A stretch of 64,000 bases of DNA. Origin: Caecitellus pseudoparvulus. Lineage: Eukaryota > Protista > Bigyra: Bicosoecida. The notes beneath the pieces were generated by a model. That model was not told the DNA's origin. It saw only the letters and a list, made by a program, of their open reading frames with translations, and ran no database searches. Both the position numbers and the translations under genes were made by a program. The stretch covers positions 667,018 to 731,017 of the forward strand of contig CBFFRQ010000057.1 of the NCBI GenBank assembly GCA_965644315.1, given 5' to 3'. Shown piece by piece: positions 10,411-22,755 of the stretch (positions are counted from its first letter, which is position 1; every line of letters starts with the position of its first letter).

Positions 10411-13400
10411 TCACTGTTGTGCTGCTGCGGCGGCGCCCTGCGCTGCGTAGGTGCTCTTAATCTGCTGCAGGCGCTTGGGGTCTCCTAGGCCCCACATCTC
10501 CAGCACCACCAGCACCTTGTCGCGCGGCGTGCGGTAGAGGCTGGCAAAGGCAGGGCGGGACAAGCACACCAGTGCCATGCGCCCGACAGCCTCTGTGAAG
10601 GCAGCAAACGTCAATGCAGTGGTTTTGTCCTTGGTGCTGGCCTTGGCACCGGGCTGCATGAGGCCGTGCGTGACTGCGGTGGCTGCGAAGATGCTCTTCA
10701 CTTCACTTTTGGAGGTGAAGGTAGGCACCACCATGTAATCCTTGCACAGGCGCAGGAAGGCCGACGCCGTCATGCCCGCACTGGGGCCACTGCCACAGTC
10801 AGCGTAGAACTTGAACAACTTGATGAGGGGCTTGGTGAAGTTGTCGAACAGCGCCATAACCTCTGGCTGGAACAGCTCGGCAGGGGCGTCCCCAGCGTCA
10901 GCAGCGCCGCCAGGCGCAGGTGCTGCCGGGGCAGGCGAGGGCCCCGACGCCGCTGCTGGCGCGCGTGTGGGCGGAGAGGACAGAGTGGGCACGCCGCCAG
11001 GCGTGACGGCGGTGGATGCCGGGGCACTGCCAGCAGCGCCTGCCGGGCCGCCGCCACGACGAGGAGGAGGAGACGCCGACGCAGCTGAGGCCAGCGCGTG
11101 TGCGTCCTGCTTCACCTTCTCGCCCAACTGGGTCATGGTGGCAAGCTGGGATGAGACCAACTCCCGGTCACGGTCGATGGACGCTCGCATGGCCTGCAGC
11201 TCCTCCATCTGCCGTGCGAAGTCTGCCTTGGCTGCCTCCAGCTCAGCCCGCTCCGCTGCCAGCGCGGCGCTGCCCTCGGACGTGTGAGACGCCGAAGTAG
11301 CAGTCAGGTGGGAGGGGGGGGGAGGGGGCGCGCCGGCCTCCTGGCTGGTGGGCGGTGGAGGGGGCACAGGTGTGGTGGAGGTGGCCGGGGCCGCTTGCGT
11401 CGTTGCCGTGCTGGCCCACGTGCTGGCAGCGTCGAAGCTGTGGCTGGCTGTGAACCCCTGGGATGCGGACTGCACAGTGCTGCTGGGTGTGTGTGCTGCC
11501 GAGAAGGAGCCGACGCTGCTGGGTGCAGGGCCCCCTGTCAGGCCTGTCCCCGCGAGAGCAGCGGTCAGTGCCTGCGCCCTGGCGAGGGTGGCCTGCATCT
11601 CCGGCGACAGCGCGGACACGGCAGCGGACACGGGGGGCGACGCCACGGGCTCCGGAGCCTGTGCCGCTGCTGGGCCCATGGCGGCGTCCATGTCCTCCTT
11701 GGTGAACAGGACCTGGGGCAGGAAGGGCGAGCCTGCGATGGGGCGCGCGTAGAAGAAGCCCTCCGCGTGCATGTTCACCTCCACTTCGATTTGGGGTGCG
11801 ATGCCACGCTGCGCCTTCTGCACATCCTCTGGCCCCAGCTGCACCTCGTACGTGACAGTGTAGCAGCCGTTGCCGTGGTCCACGATGTCGTACGGGACGG
11901 CCGGGCCATGCACCAGAATCTCAAACTGGTCGCCGCCTTCGTTGCGAGGGCTGTCGAATTGATCCCGCGCAACCACTGTGAAGGTGTTCTTCTGCCCCAG
12001 CCGGGCGAACTTAGCACCCTCACCCGTCACGACGCAGTGCTTGGGCGCCGTCGGGGCAGGCCGCACTTCCGGCAGGAAGGGCGAGCCGAAGATGTGCTGC
12101 CCCTTGTACTTCACACACAGCTCGAAGGTGCCAGCTTTGGGAGGCACGTAGTTGACCTGCAGCGTGCCGTCTCCGACATCCTCCGGGTGCAGCTCGATCT
12201 CCAGGTCCGCGTTGGACAGGGACACAGTAAAGGGCTCCTCGTCGTCCCCGTCGGCAGGCAGCGGGTTCCCGTACTCGTCGAAGTTCTGCTGCGGCTGCGG
12301 CATGGCCTCCTCGTCAGGCTGGATCGTGAAGGTAGCCTGCTCGCCCAGCACAGCCTCTGACAATCCTGGCCCCCAGGCACGGTGCCGCATAGCGAGGTCC
12401 TTGTGCGCAGCTGCCTTGTCGGCCTCCTCTTTCTTGTGGGCCTCCAATGCAGCCATACTACTCAATGGGTCCATGTGGGGATTGAAACCCGCGTGGCCTT
12501 GCTCTGGGGAGGGGGCGCGGGCACCGTGAGTGTGGCAAGCCGGCGCGAAACGCCCGTGCACATGAAACGCAACTTACGCTGTTGCCGTGCGCGCTGCCGC
12601 GCAGCGCGCTTCTCTGGATCGTGCACATCCTTGTGGGCCTGGATCAAGTACTGGATGGTTTCCACCCACCTGTCAGCCTCATCCTCATTCTCACACGCCA
12701 GGACCATCTCCTCCTCACCAGACGGCCTCACGGTGAAGGTGTGCACGATGTCTTTGTTCGTGTGCTGGCCCTTGGAGTCGCCCGCCTCCACCTCGGTCAG
12801 CTCATCGATCTCGATCTCGGCTCTAGGGCGGTAGTCTTCCTCCTTGTCAAAGTACTGCAGTTGGCTTCCCACAACCCGCAGCAGCTTGTCAGCCCACCTC
12901 TTCCTCGTGAACCGGGAGCGAGACTTCTTCTTCACCCACCCTTCCCGGATTGCCAGCTTCGTTTCATCCACTTCTGGTTGCATGCTGTCCTCATAGTCAT
13001 CATACATGCCGTCCCCACCCTGATACCCGTCACCGCCGCCCCACCCAGCCCCGGACGCGTCTGCCTCTACTCCGTACCCACCAGCGCCTCCTTGCTGCTG
13101 CGGCGCCACGCGCGCCATCAGCAGCCTGCTGCGCGTGGACTCGATCGTGTCCTCCGTCTCCGCCAGCTTGTCTTGCAGCATGCGCATGTTCCAGGCACGC
13201 TGCCTGTCCACACGGTACGGCATACCGTACCGCTTGGGCGACGAGCCGTAGGCTCCGGTGCCAGCTCCCGCCAAAGGGCCGCGCCGCGGACCCGGGCTGC
13301 CGAAACGCCCTGACCCCGCGCCACCACTCTGCCCGAAGCGGCTGGGGCTGTCCCCGAATGCCCCTGCAGCATCATGATACCCATCATGATCTGCATACTG

Positions 13401-13430
13401 ATCGTACTGATCGCCGGGATCGTACGACAT
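10411..13430 (-). CDS. PH domain + two filamin-type Ig repeats + coiled coil + C-terminal p25alpha/EF-hand-like domain; 1 intron (12504-12577)
   Basis: PH motifs REGWVKKK..W..LQYF..EADRWVETI and filamin motifs GDGTLQVNY..HIFGSPF and GNGCYTVTY..IAGSPF. A GTAAGT..CCCCAG phase-1 intron joins the two ORFs in frame. Confidence 0.8.
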
Positions 13431-13817
13431 GGTTGCTTGCAACCCTTAGTGCGAAACGCCGCTTGCAGGTGCGGAAGTTGCAGCACAAGTGTTGACAAGT
13501 GGGAGGTTTGCACGACAATGACGCTCGCGGCTCAGCGAATCTCACGTGACATGCAGCTTTCTAGCGGTGGAGGAATTTACTCTCGTTAGTAAGGTTTGCC
13601 TGGCTTGTGCGCAGGGCGCCATTGCCACCCCCCCAAGGTCAGAGCTGAGGCTAGCAGACTGGCGCATCTTGCCGAGGAATGCACATCACCCACCCACTCC
13701 CCTTCTGCAAGCACCGCTACTTGCGACCCTCTCTGTCTTTTCAGCTCCCTGAACCCCTCCCTGCGCCAGCTGTGCTCCGCAGGATCGTGGCGGAAATTGC
13801 CTCCTGAAGTTGCAGAC

Positions 13818-14951
13818 ATGGCAAACCTCACGGCCGTGGCCGAGTCAGGCAAGTGGGACGAGCTTCGGGATGTCGAGCAGCCCACCACATGGATGCTGGT
13901 GACTCTGAAGGCTGGGTCAAAGAAGAAGCTCGTCGTTGACGGCACGGGCGCTGGCGGGCTCGATGAGTTCAAGGCAGCATTGCGGGACGACACTGTACGT
14001 GGCAGCGTGTCACGTGACGGACGCTGCCGATGTGCAAGGCCTCTGCACCCCTGTCCGTGAACAGGTGCAATTCGGAGTGTATCGTGTGCTCGCTCTGGAC
14101 CAGCGAGGCGGCCGCACTAGGTGAGACGAGCGCAGTTTGCACGCTGGCGTGGCTTGGCACGCGATTTCACCTCGCCACCCACCCTTGCCTGGTGCAGCAA
14201 GCGCTGCCGACTCCTGTATGTCCACTGGCAAGGGCCTGAGGTGAAGCCAATGGCCCGCGCCCGCTTCACGAGCATCAAGGCAGATGTTGCAAGCTTCTTC
14301 ACTGGCTGCTCCAACACTTACTTCATTGAGGACAGAGACGACATCAGCGAGGAGCGCTTCACCGCTGACCTGCTGGCCTGTGGCGGTGCCCACAAGCCCT
14401 CCAAGTATCAGTATGGTGCCGATTCTGAGGCCATCGAGGCCGTGCCTGCACAAGCCCCCGCGCCTGCTGCTGCAGCTGCCGGCTCAGGCTCTGGCCCCGT
14501 CGCTGCCCCTGCTCCTGCCCCAACTCCTGCTCCCGAGACGGAGGCGACCCCTGCTGAGGAGGAGGCGACCCCCGCTGAGGAGGAGGCGACTCCCGCTGAG
14601 GAGGAGGCGACTCCCGCTGAGGAGGAGGCGACCCCCGCTGAGGAGGAGGCGACCCCTGCTGAGGAGGAGGCGACCCCCGCTGAGGAGGAGGCGACCCCCG
14701 CTGAGGAGGAGGCGACCCCCGCTGAGGAGGAGGCGACCCCCGCTGAGGAGGAGGCGACCCCTGCTGAGGAGGAGGCGACTCCCGCTGAGGAGGAGGCGAC
14801 TCCCGCTGAGGAGGAGGCGACCCCTGCTGAGGAGGAGGCGACTCCCGCTGAGGAGGAGGCGACTCCCGCTGAGGAGGAGGCGACCCCCGCTGAGGGAACA
14901 GCTGTGACCGAAGATGATGAAACTCCATCGGACGATGGCGCTGAGGAGTAA
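13818..14951 (+). CDS. Coactosin-like ADF-H actin-binding protein with an acidic repeat tail; introns 13995-14064 and 14121-14197
   Basis: Spliced product TWMLV..GTGAGGLDEFKAAL.DD|VQFGVYRV..S|KRCRLLYVHWQGPEVKPMARA matches the ADF-H/coactosin pattern. Confidence 0.85.
14541..14894 (+). repeat. Coding minisatellite, 21-bp unit x ~17 (EEEATPA)
   Basis: GAGGCGACYCCYGCTGAGGAG is repeated from 14541 to 14877 at a 21-bp period. Confidence 0.98.
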
Positions 14952-15441
14952 GCAGTCTTGGTGGCCCTTGCCTGTTGGTGAGATTGGCACAGTTTCAAGT
15001 CACTGACAGCTGCATACTGAGCCCAGCTCGCTTTATACAGAGTGCAGAACACCCCAGAAGAAGCCAGGCAACAAATGCATAGATCCAACTGGCCTGCACG
15101 TGCATCACTTCATGCTGGCTGGTGCCTGCGCTCAGGCTCGGTACGCTTCGCAAGCGCTTGCGAGTAGAGCAGAGGAGGTTCTTGCCCTCGGCGTCAGCTG
15201 TACAGACTGTACACAGACTGCATTCAACTGGTGTGCTGCACAGTTTTGACGGGCGTGGAGCTGATGCAGCCCGGGTGAGCAACGTGTCAAGGGTTTGCAT
15301 TCATGTGTGGGATCTCTGTATGGTTGGCGCGCGCTTTGCCACATCAACACGAGCCATGCTCACTTTCCAATTCTACGCGTGCCTAGCCACCACAGTCAAG
15401 CAGTCGTGTTGAAGGCTGCGTGCTGACTCGCGACAGTCGTC

Positions 15442-18400
15442 ATGGCTTCAGGGCGGTCAGCAGCTTGGGAGGATGTGCGCGGTGTTGCCTCAGCGGTGCC
15501 GGCAAGCCATGCTGCTGAAGCTGTGCTGAGTGGGGTTTCGACCGTTCTCCGTTTGCGATGGATTTCAGCTGTGGCGTTGTCTACTGCACTGCTCAGTGCG
15601 GCGACAATTTCCCTGTCACTTCCTTGGGTGGCCGCTGTGTGGGTTCCACTGACAGTTGCGGAAGTTGGACTGAGCGTTGTGCACGTGGCTGCATCGGCGC
15701 TCTCCTTGCCGACCCCAGAGAGTGCTCTTAGCTATGTGCATGGATGGCAGAGTAGCATTGTGCTTCCCGCGACGCATGAGGTGCTCTTCATGGTGGCAGC
15801 AGTCTTCCTCGCTCTCTGCGCTTGGCACGCTGTGCTGTGGCTGAATGCTGGCGTTGTGGGGTCCAAGTTCAGCTCTGCTGCATTGACAGTGCGATGTCTC
15901 GTGAGGCCACGCCAGTGGATCTTGTTCGGGGCAGAGCTCCTCATGAACGGCGTCTTCGTCTCAATGCTACTATGGGGGGGTGCATGGGCCGCGATTGAGG
16001 CCGTGGAGTGTCCTGCTGAGCTGTACAGTGCGTTCCGAGCCATCCCATTCCCGCACACCCAGCTCGCAGCACACACCCCCTTCCATCGAGCGCTCACAGG
16101 TGCACCTTCTACTCACAACCCCGCACACTATGCTCGCATTTCGTCAACCACGCCTCCTGAGCACGATGCATGGGGGGATGACAACGACTTCGGCGGCCCT
16201 GGCCAGTCCCCGCTGCAAGCTGAGGCGCCTCCTGCAATGGACACGGCCGGGGTGGCGTATGGGTGCTATGCTCTTCCGCCTGCGGCAACTGCTCTCATGG
16301 TGTGCCTGCTGACTGTCTCGGCTTTCGTCACACTGGCAGTCTTGCGTGCTGACCTCAGTGTGGATGGTCGGTGGCAGCACCGATGGGCAGTCATGGCAGG
16401 TCTGCACCAGCGTCTCACCGACTTTGCGACTGACGCACAAGAAGCTGAGGAGGTGGATTGGCGCAGCGTCAAGGCGGGTGGCGTTGAGGAGCCCCATCGA
16501 CACGCCGGCGAGTCACCAGTTGGCATGTCCGCTGCGCAAGGCAGGACAGGGCGCCTGAACACCTCTGCCTTATCATCTGCGACTTGGGCGTCTTCCTTGT
16601 CTCTACCAGCATGGGCTTCGGGGGGATCAGCTCATCCTTTAGTTGTGCCCCCCCGACTTTTGCCCAGCACTGGTGTGGCTCCTGGTGCTCCTTCCTGCCG
16701 CGCACCGCTGCTGCACCGCCTGACGGCAGCTCCTGTGGACATGCTCAGGCTCCTGCTTGACGTAGCTCTCCCTTCTGGCATGCTGGCTTTGGTTCTTCTG
16801 CTCACTTGCGGGTATCCGTTGGCCTTGGGTCTGGATGGAGTGTTGGGCAGCGTGTCCACCTTTGTTCGCCCGGGCTTCCGACTGGTGGTGCCGGCGTCGT
16901 CCCTCTCACTCTGGCACCAGTCCCCGCTTCAAATGCTGTGGCTTGCCGGAACGATTTGCTGTGCCGTTGCCTGCGCTGTGTCGGTGCTCTCCGCTGCTGC
17001 CCTGCTGCGGGTGACTCTGACCGCTGGTCGCCTGTCTGGGCCACTGGCTTTCGAACCCATTCTGTACGGGATGCCCATGGCCTCTGTGCCTGCCAAGGTG
17101 AACTGGGCGGCAAAGCCCGCACTCAAGCACCATCAGCCAGGCCTGGAGGACCCATTGGCTCCAACGGCAGCTTCGCTGCCGTTTGGCTCGTTTGACGCCA
17201 ACACCCTTGGCATTGGGGAAGGCCAAGTGGACGCCTTTTCCGTTCGCTTTTCGGCAGCGACAATGGCCCCTTCAGGGACTCTCACGTCGTACCTCCAAGG
17301 CTGGTCCGCACGTGGCCTGGTTGCGGCGCAATTGCACTCCGGTGCCTTGCGGCGCCCCACCTCGAGGACTGCCGGCGCAACCCGAGCTGCACCTCCACGC
17401 ACATCCGCGGCTGCCTCTGCCCTGTTTCAGGCGCCTGCTTCTGGTGTTGCCGCAGACAACGTGCTTGCATGGGTGCATCGCATGCGAGATGGGCAGCTGG
17501 CGTTGTACGCGGGAGCATGCCGTGCTGCCCCTGCCCCGAGCGCGATGGCGCCACCACCAGGTGGTGTGCAGGCTGGAAGCCGCATGCTCCAGGCAGGTGT
17601 CTCTGCAGGCACAGGGCGCGATGTCCCTGTGGTCACCCCAGCGGTGGCCGCCCTAGGCTGCGTAGCTACAGAGGGCATGCACGTTCGGGGCGCTGTTTGT
17701 CGCGCCTATGGCCCCCACCTGCCACCCGTCACTGCTGCCGATGTTACCAGCCACAGCTCAGAAGCTGGGCTGGCCCGATCTCTGGCTTGGCAAGATATGG
17801 CAGCTGCGCTGGGGAAGAATTCGTATGATTTGAAGGAGGTCACGGCGGACCCGTCGGGGAACCGGCTGTCTGCCTTGGTGTGGGCTGCCACGGCAGTGCT
17901 GGACGCATCAGCGCTCTCCCTCCAGGCTGCTTCTGCGCAGACAGAGGCACCCACTGCTGCTATTGCCAAGGGCATCTCAACGTTGAACGGAGGGGGTAGC
18001 GTTGAAGCCCCTGGCTTCGTTTTGACGCTGCTCCGGGAGTTGGCTCCCCTGGACCCCGTGGTGGAGCAGGCACGCTGGCTGAGTGGAGGGAGTGCAGGGG
18101 CCAATGCCAGGGCAAGGGCATCTGCTCTTGCATCCACCCTACCCAGCACACCCCGCTCCAGGAGTGGAGCTCGCCGTCGAAGTAGCCAGGCTGCGCTGGC
18201 CCCTTCCTCCTTCCCAACTCCCCTTGACGCACGTGCCAACGGTTCGGCAGCGGATGTACATGGCAGGTCCAAGGTCGGCGATTTTAGCGCCATGTCTGGC
18301 ACAGGCCTGGATGGCAGCACACTTCTGGCCTCCATCCCTGCTGCGGCAAGAGCGGACAGCACGACAGGACGCCAGCTGGGACTGTCAGCGCTCAACGCAA

Positions 18401-19413
18401 CAGGCGTCACCCTGAGCGACACGGCAGGAGATGCAGGCGGGATCACGGCTGTGTACATGCATGTGGATGGGGCTGCTGCGTTTGACTATGTGGTCCAGAC
18501 GGCTTGTGTCCCAGGCAGCGGGCTGTCCGTCGGCCCAGGCATTTTGCTCTGCCCGCTGCCCAGTGTGGGGGGCCTCGCCGCCGCCGACTCGTTCGTTGGC
18601 CCAGATGGCTCCTTGCCGGATGACACCTTGAACACATCAGCCGCCTCTGCATGGACAGCAGTCAGCCGCGCCTCTGTTGCCACGGGTGTCTCTGCTTCCG
18701 GTTTGCTGGACATCTCCGGGCAAATGTCTGAGCTCGCCGCTCTGCGGGAGGCTGGGGCCACTGCAGTCTCGCACTCCAGCGTTCTCGTTCGCTTGGCTGC
18801 CATGGCGTTCAAGGACACAATTCCAGGCCAGCGCTTGGGCTTGCTTGGGCGCATTGTCGGCCCGCTGTTGCGCACGCCACGCCAAGCCCGAGAGACCCTG
18901 CTGTGGGATGCTGAGAACACTGCCAGTGCCCTGCAAACCCTGCAGCATCTGGCCGTTCGAGGACGTAAGTTGGACAAGCACCAAAAACTACCAGGGTTTG
19001 TCCCTACCATCCTCTGTTCCATCTCCACGCTGTACTTGTCGGCACGTGAGTTTGCCCTCTCTCCAGCTTGCAGTGGGGGCACTGACGGGTGGGCGAAGCC
19101 GTTGTTGATCATGGGAGGTGCTCGTGTGAACCGCCACAACGAGGTGCTGGGGCAGAACCCGTCACGAGCACTTCGTCAGGCGCGTGTGATCATGTGCAGC
19201 CTTGCTTTCCGCCACCCTGCTCTGCTCGCCCTCATCCTCGGTGCACGGGGCGCACTGGTGGCCATGCTGAAAGCATACGGCAAGGTGCTGCTGGATCCGT
19301 CCGAGTGCCCGATGCCCCCGAGTCCCACGGCAGTCCTGGCGCAGGTGCACCGAGACATGCAGCAGGGGCTCCCATGGGGAGTGGAGCTGTCAGAGTTTAA
19401 GGAGGAGGAGTGA
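15442..19413 (+). CDS. Multi-pass membrane protein, Ndc1/TMEM48 nucleoporin-like
   Basis: About 6 N-terminal TM segments. Motifs ARSLAWQDMA, ALQTLQHLAV..LDK...LP..VPTIL and ALVAMLKAYG recall the Ndc1 C-terminal helices. Confidence 0.55.
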   Translation: MASGRSAAWEDVRGVASAVPASHAAEAVLSGVSTVLRLRWISAVALSTALLSAATISLSLPWVAAVWVPLTVAEVGLSVVHVAASALSLPTPESALSYVHGWQSSIVLPATHEVLFMVAAVFLALCAWHAVLWLNAGVVGSKFSSAALTVRCLVRPRQWILFGAELLMNGVFVSMLLWGGAWAAIEAVECPAELYSAFRAIPFPHTQLAAHTPFHRALTGAPSTHNPAHYARISSTTPPEHDAWGDDNDFGGPGQSPLQAEAPPAMDTAGVAYGCYALPPAATALMVCLLTVSAFVTLAVLRADLSVDGRWQHRWAVMAGLHQRLTDFATDAQEAEEVDWRSVKAGGVEEPHRHAGESPVGMSAAQGRTGRLNTSALSSATWASSLSLPAWASGGSAHPLVVPPRLLPSTGVAPGAPSCRAPLLHRLTAAPVDMLRLLLDVALPSGMLALVLLLTCGYPLALGLDGVLGSVSTFVRPGFRLVVPASSLSLWHQSPLQMLWLAGTICCAVACAVSVLSAAALLRVTLTAGRLSGPLAFEPILYGMPMASVPAKVNWAAKPALKHHQPGLEDPLAPTAASLPFGSFDANTLGIGEGQVDAFSVRFSAATMAPSGTLTSYLQGWSARGLVAAQLHSGALRRPTSRTAGATRAAPPRTSAAASALFQAPASGVAADNVLAWVHRMRDGQLALYAGACRAAPAPSAMAPPPGGVQAGSRMLQAGVSAGTGRDVPVVTPAVAALGCVATEGMHVRGAVCRAYGPHLPPVTAADVTSHSSEAGLARSLAWQDMAAALGKNSYDLKEVTADPSGNRLSALVWAATAVLDASALSLQAASAQTEAPTAAIAKGISTLNGGGSVEAPGFVLTLLRELAPLDPVVEQARWLSGGSAGANARARASALASTLPSTPRSRSGARRRSSQAALAPSSFPTPLDARANGSAADVHGRSKVGDFSAMSGTGLDGSTLLASIPAAARADSTTGRQLGLSALNATGVTLSDTAGDAGGITAVYMHVDGAAAFDYVVQTACVPGSGLSVGPGILLCPLPSVGGLAAADSFVGPDGSLPDDTLNTSAASAWTAVSRASVATGVSASGLLDISGQMSELAALREAGATAVSHSSVLVRLAAMAFKDTIPGQRLGLLGRIVGPLLRTPRQARETLLWDAENTASALQTLQHLAVRGRKLDKHQKLPGFVPTILCSISTLYLSAREFALSPACSGGTDGWAKPLLIMGGARVNRHNEVLGQNPSRALRQARVIMCSLAFRHPALLALILGARGALVAMLKAYGKVLLDPSECPMPPSPTAVLAQVHRDMQQGLPWGVELSEFKEEE

Positions 19414-19454
19414 GCCCTGCGTTTGGCTGCGTGAGCGCCCAGACTGCTTGCATT

Positions 19455-22400
19455 TTATCGGTCCTCCAATGCAGCCTGAGCACCGCTTTGGGTCAGCTGG
19501 GGCAGAGGGCTCCCGGCTAGCTCAGCTTCGTACTTCCCGAGGAAGCTCGCATTCGCGTGGCTGCAATGCAGGGCTTCGGCAGTGTAGCTGGCCAGGGCGG
19601 CTTCCCCTTCTGCGGCTGCTTCAGCGAGCATGCGCACCTCCTCGGCCGCCTCAGCCTCTTCTCCCTGCAGTTCGCCTTTCTGCAGTGCCTGTTGCAAGCG
19701 CTGCCGAACTGCACCCCACTGCTGCTGTGCCTGGCTCTTGCCGCTGGAGGGCCCGCCTTGCGGCTCCGGCACCGTGTTCCAATCGCGCACGGCTTCGTAT
19801 TCAGCTTGCCATGAGGTGGGGCTGAGGTCAGGTGCCACTGCACTGGCTGATCGAATGGTAGCGCGGGCAGCCCCCATGCCGTACTGCAGAGCAGTGCCCA
19901 TGTCACGGCCCTGACACAGCGCCGCAACCGTCCCAGCCACCAGCGTATCCCCGGCTCCTGTGCAGTTGACCATGTCACTGGGAGGAGGCAAGAACAGGTG
20001 GAAGTCAAAGCCGGTCTGGATGGATGCCTCGAAGAAAGGCAAGTTGCACATGGCCAGGAAGTGCTCTGCCGAAGTGAGGGGGGGAGAGGACAGCCACAGG
20101 ACCCCCCACTTGCCCAGCGTAATGACAACGTGCTTGCAGCCCTGCACTAAGCCTGCGTTCCGCTGCACACATGCAGGGTGGCACATGGCAGCCAGCAAGC
20201 GCTGGGCACACGTCAATAGCTCACCATCCAGGCGCATGACGGAGCCATCCGCGCTGTCATCGGCGTGCAGTGTGCGGTGAGTTGCATCCCCTTTGACACC
20301 GTGGTGAAAGCTGTGCTGAGTCTGGCCACCTTCTGCAGACACTGTGAAAGCGGTGTACTTCTCTGCATCACCTTCCACTGCATGGGCATCCGCAGGATCC
20401 TTCAGACCCCTCAAGGCTGCTGGCGTGAGTTCATCATCGTCGCTCTCTTCGTGAGGACTGCAGCTACCTTCCGACTCCACGTCAGGACCAGATCCCAATG
20501 CTGATGGCAGGCTGATGTCCACAGACCCATCTGCGTTCAGCTTCGTGTGGGCTCGCACAAACTCCTTCATTTCCGCGGGGCTGACCCCGCGCTCGGCCAG
20601 CTTGTCTGCGACCTCACGACTGTCCCAGTCCACGTCGGCCAACTGCATGCCGTCCAGTGTAAAGCTCGCCCCATCCAGGGACAGGCCCCCAGGCGAGGAC
20701 CCACTTGTCGCCGCGGATTCCGGAGCGTCTTGGTCACGCCCCACGGCACCCTGCCCCTCCAGGTGCTCGTGCAGTGCCTCTGCCATGGCAATGCACTCAT
20801 CGGCATTGGGAGAGATGACCGCCAGCTGAGCCAGTGTCCAGGGCGTGGCAGCCTTGGTAGCTTTTGCCACTGACGTGGGCTCAAACCACACCGGCACACC
20901 AGGCGGCCCCCCTTCCGCCAGGAAGTCGTCCATGGTCACCTCGCCGGCAGGCTCCGCCGGCGAAGCGCTGGCTTGCAAGGCTTCTTCCGCTGCATCCACA
21001 AAAGCCCATGACGCACCCGCGATACACGAAGCTTCGCACAGCATTTCAATGGTGTCTGTGGGCACGTTGCCGTCTACCACCACCATGGGCGCTGCGTTGA
21101 CATAATTCACAATGCTCTGCACCGTGGCAGGGGAAACAGCGTCCATGGCTGCCATGTCGGCCACCGCTGCCACCAAGTCCCCATCTTCATCCAGCACCGC
21201 GTTGTACACTCCCGTCTTGCCGGCCGACTCACCCCCTACGAGAGCACTGGCCACTGCCGTGGTGATGCCAAGGCTCTCTGCGTGTTCCAGTAGCGCGCTC
21301 CCCAGCGCATCTCCGCCTGCCTCAGTCAGCAGCACCGGCTGGCGGTGCAAGCGGGCCAATCCCTCGGCAACGTTGCGCCCGACACCTCCAAAGCTCTGTT
21401 CAACCTGGCCTGGGGTGCTGCTGGCCATCGTCAGGCTGCAGCCAGCCGCGGGCCGAGCTGTGAGGTCAACAACAGCCCCCCCCACAACGACCGGGTGCTT
21501 GCCCCTGTGCGGTACGAGGGACCCCAGCGCAGGCACTCCCCCGGCAGCAACACGCTCAATGGCAGCTTGCATGCGCTGTGTCGCGCCTGACCTTGCAGCT
21601 GCGGTGGAGCTGAAGCTGCGCCTGGGCTGGCCTTGCAGGTTGGCAAAGCGGCGCGCTATCCCGGCGCCAACTCGGGCATTGTTGCGCACCAGGGCAATGT
21701 TGGCCCGCAGCGAAGCACCCTGAGTCAACTCATTCACGCGCTGAAGCAAGAAGGGCGTCATGTCCCTGCCGGCAATGCCCTGTGCTGTGGCCTCGGTCAA
21801 CGCTCGCTGCACGGCGGCCTCGATGTCAGCAGCATTCCCTGGCTCTGGATTTGGCACAGCGATGACGGAGCCGGACTGAACATCAAGCTGCTCTGCAGCG
21901 AGCAGCAGAGCTGCTGCCTCTGCTTCGTCCTTCAGCGTCATGGGCGCCGGCAGCCCTGAGTCCGGTGTGAAGAAGGCAGGGAAGTTGGCTGCCCCCAGCG
22001 CTGCCACTGTCACTCCCTGTGTCTCCAGCACCTCCAGCGTGCGGGGAATGTCCAAGATAGACTTGACACCCGCACACACAACGGCCACGCGCGTTCTTCC
22101 GAGCTCCATGAGGTCCGCGGAGATGTCCATCGTGTCTTCCACACCTCGGTGCACGCCGCCCAGGCCGCCAGTGGCAAACACTCGAATGCCAGCACCGGCC
22201 GCCACCACCATCGTGCCAGCCACTGTCGTAGCACCACACTTCCCTTGCGCAACAACTGGCGCAATGTCCCGCCGGCTGCACTTCTGTACTGCTCGGCCGA
22301 GCTTGCCCAGGCGTTCCAGCTGCGCTGGAGCCAGGCCTGCACACACTTGGCCGTCCATGATGGCCACTGTTGCAGGCACACAGCCACCCTCCCTAACAAT

Positions 22401-22627
22401 GCCCTCAAGTTCCATGGCAGTCTCAACATTTTCGGGGTATGGCATTCCTGTGCGCGGCGTTGTCGCAGGAAGGCGTTGTGTGCAGCTGGTTGGGAGGCGC
22501 CTGCGTTTTGCACGCGTTTCGCACCGTGCGAAATAATGGTGGATTCCAGTGCAACGACGGCCTTCCCATCGTGCAGGGCTTGCGCCACTTCATCCGACTT
22601 TTGAATCATTGCACTGGCTATTGCCAT
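19455..22627 (-). CDS. Bifunctional pseudouridine-5'-phosphate glycosidase (PsuG/IndA) + PfkB-family pseudouridine kinase; intron 22448-22524
   Basis: VVALESTIISHG|MPYPEN, GATTVAGTM, FATGGLGGVHRG and GVKSILD (PsuG); GGVGRNVAE and NCTGAGDT (PfkB). Confidence 0.93.
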
Positions 22628-22755
22628 GTTCCTGCGTGCTGCCCCAAACTGGCACGGGCGTGCGTGGGCAGCAGCCCGGTGCAGGGGCAGACGGCGACAT
22701 GCTGCAGAGTGCATTTCGAATATGGGAAGAAATCCGTCCCAGCACTCTGTGCTGC

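Noticed and set aside
14284-15088. Arg-rich or Ser-rich ORFs in other frames of the 21-bp repeat
   Set aside because: Shadow frames of the EEEATPA coding repeat.
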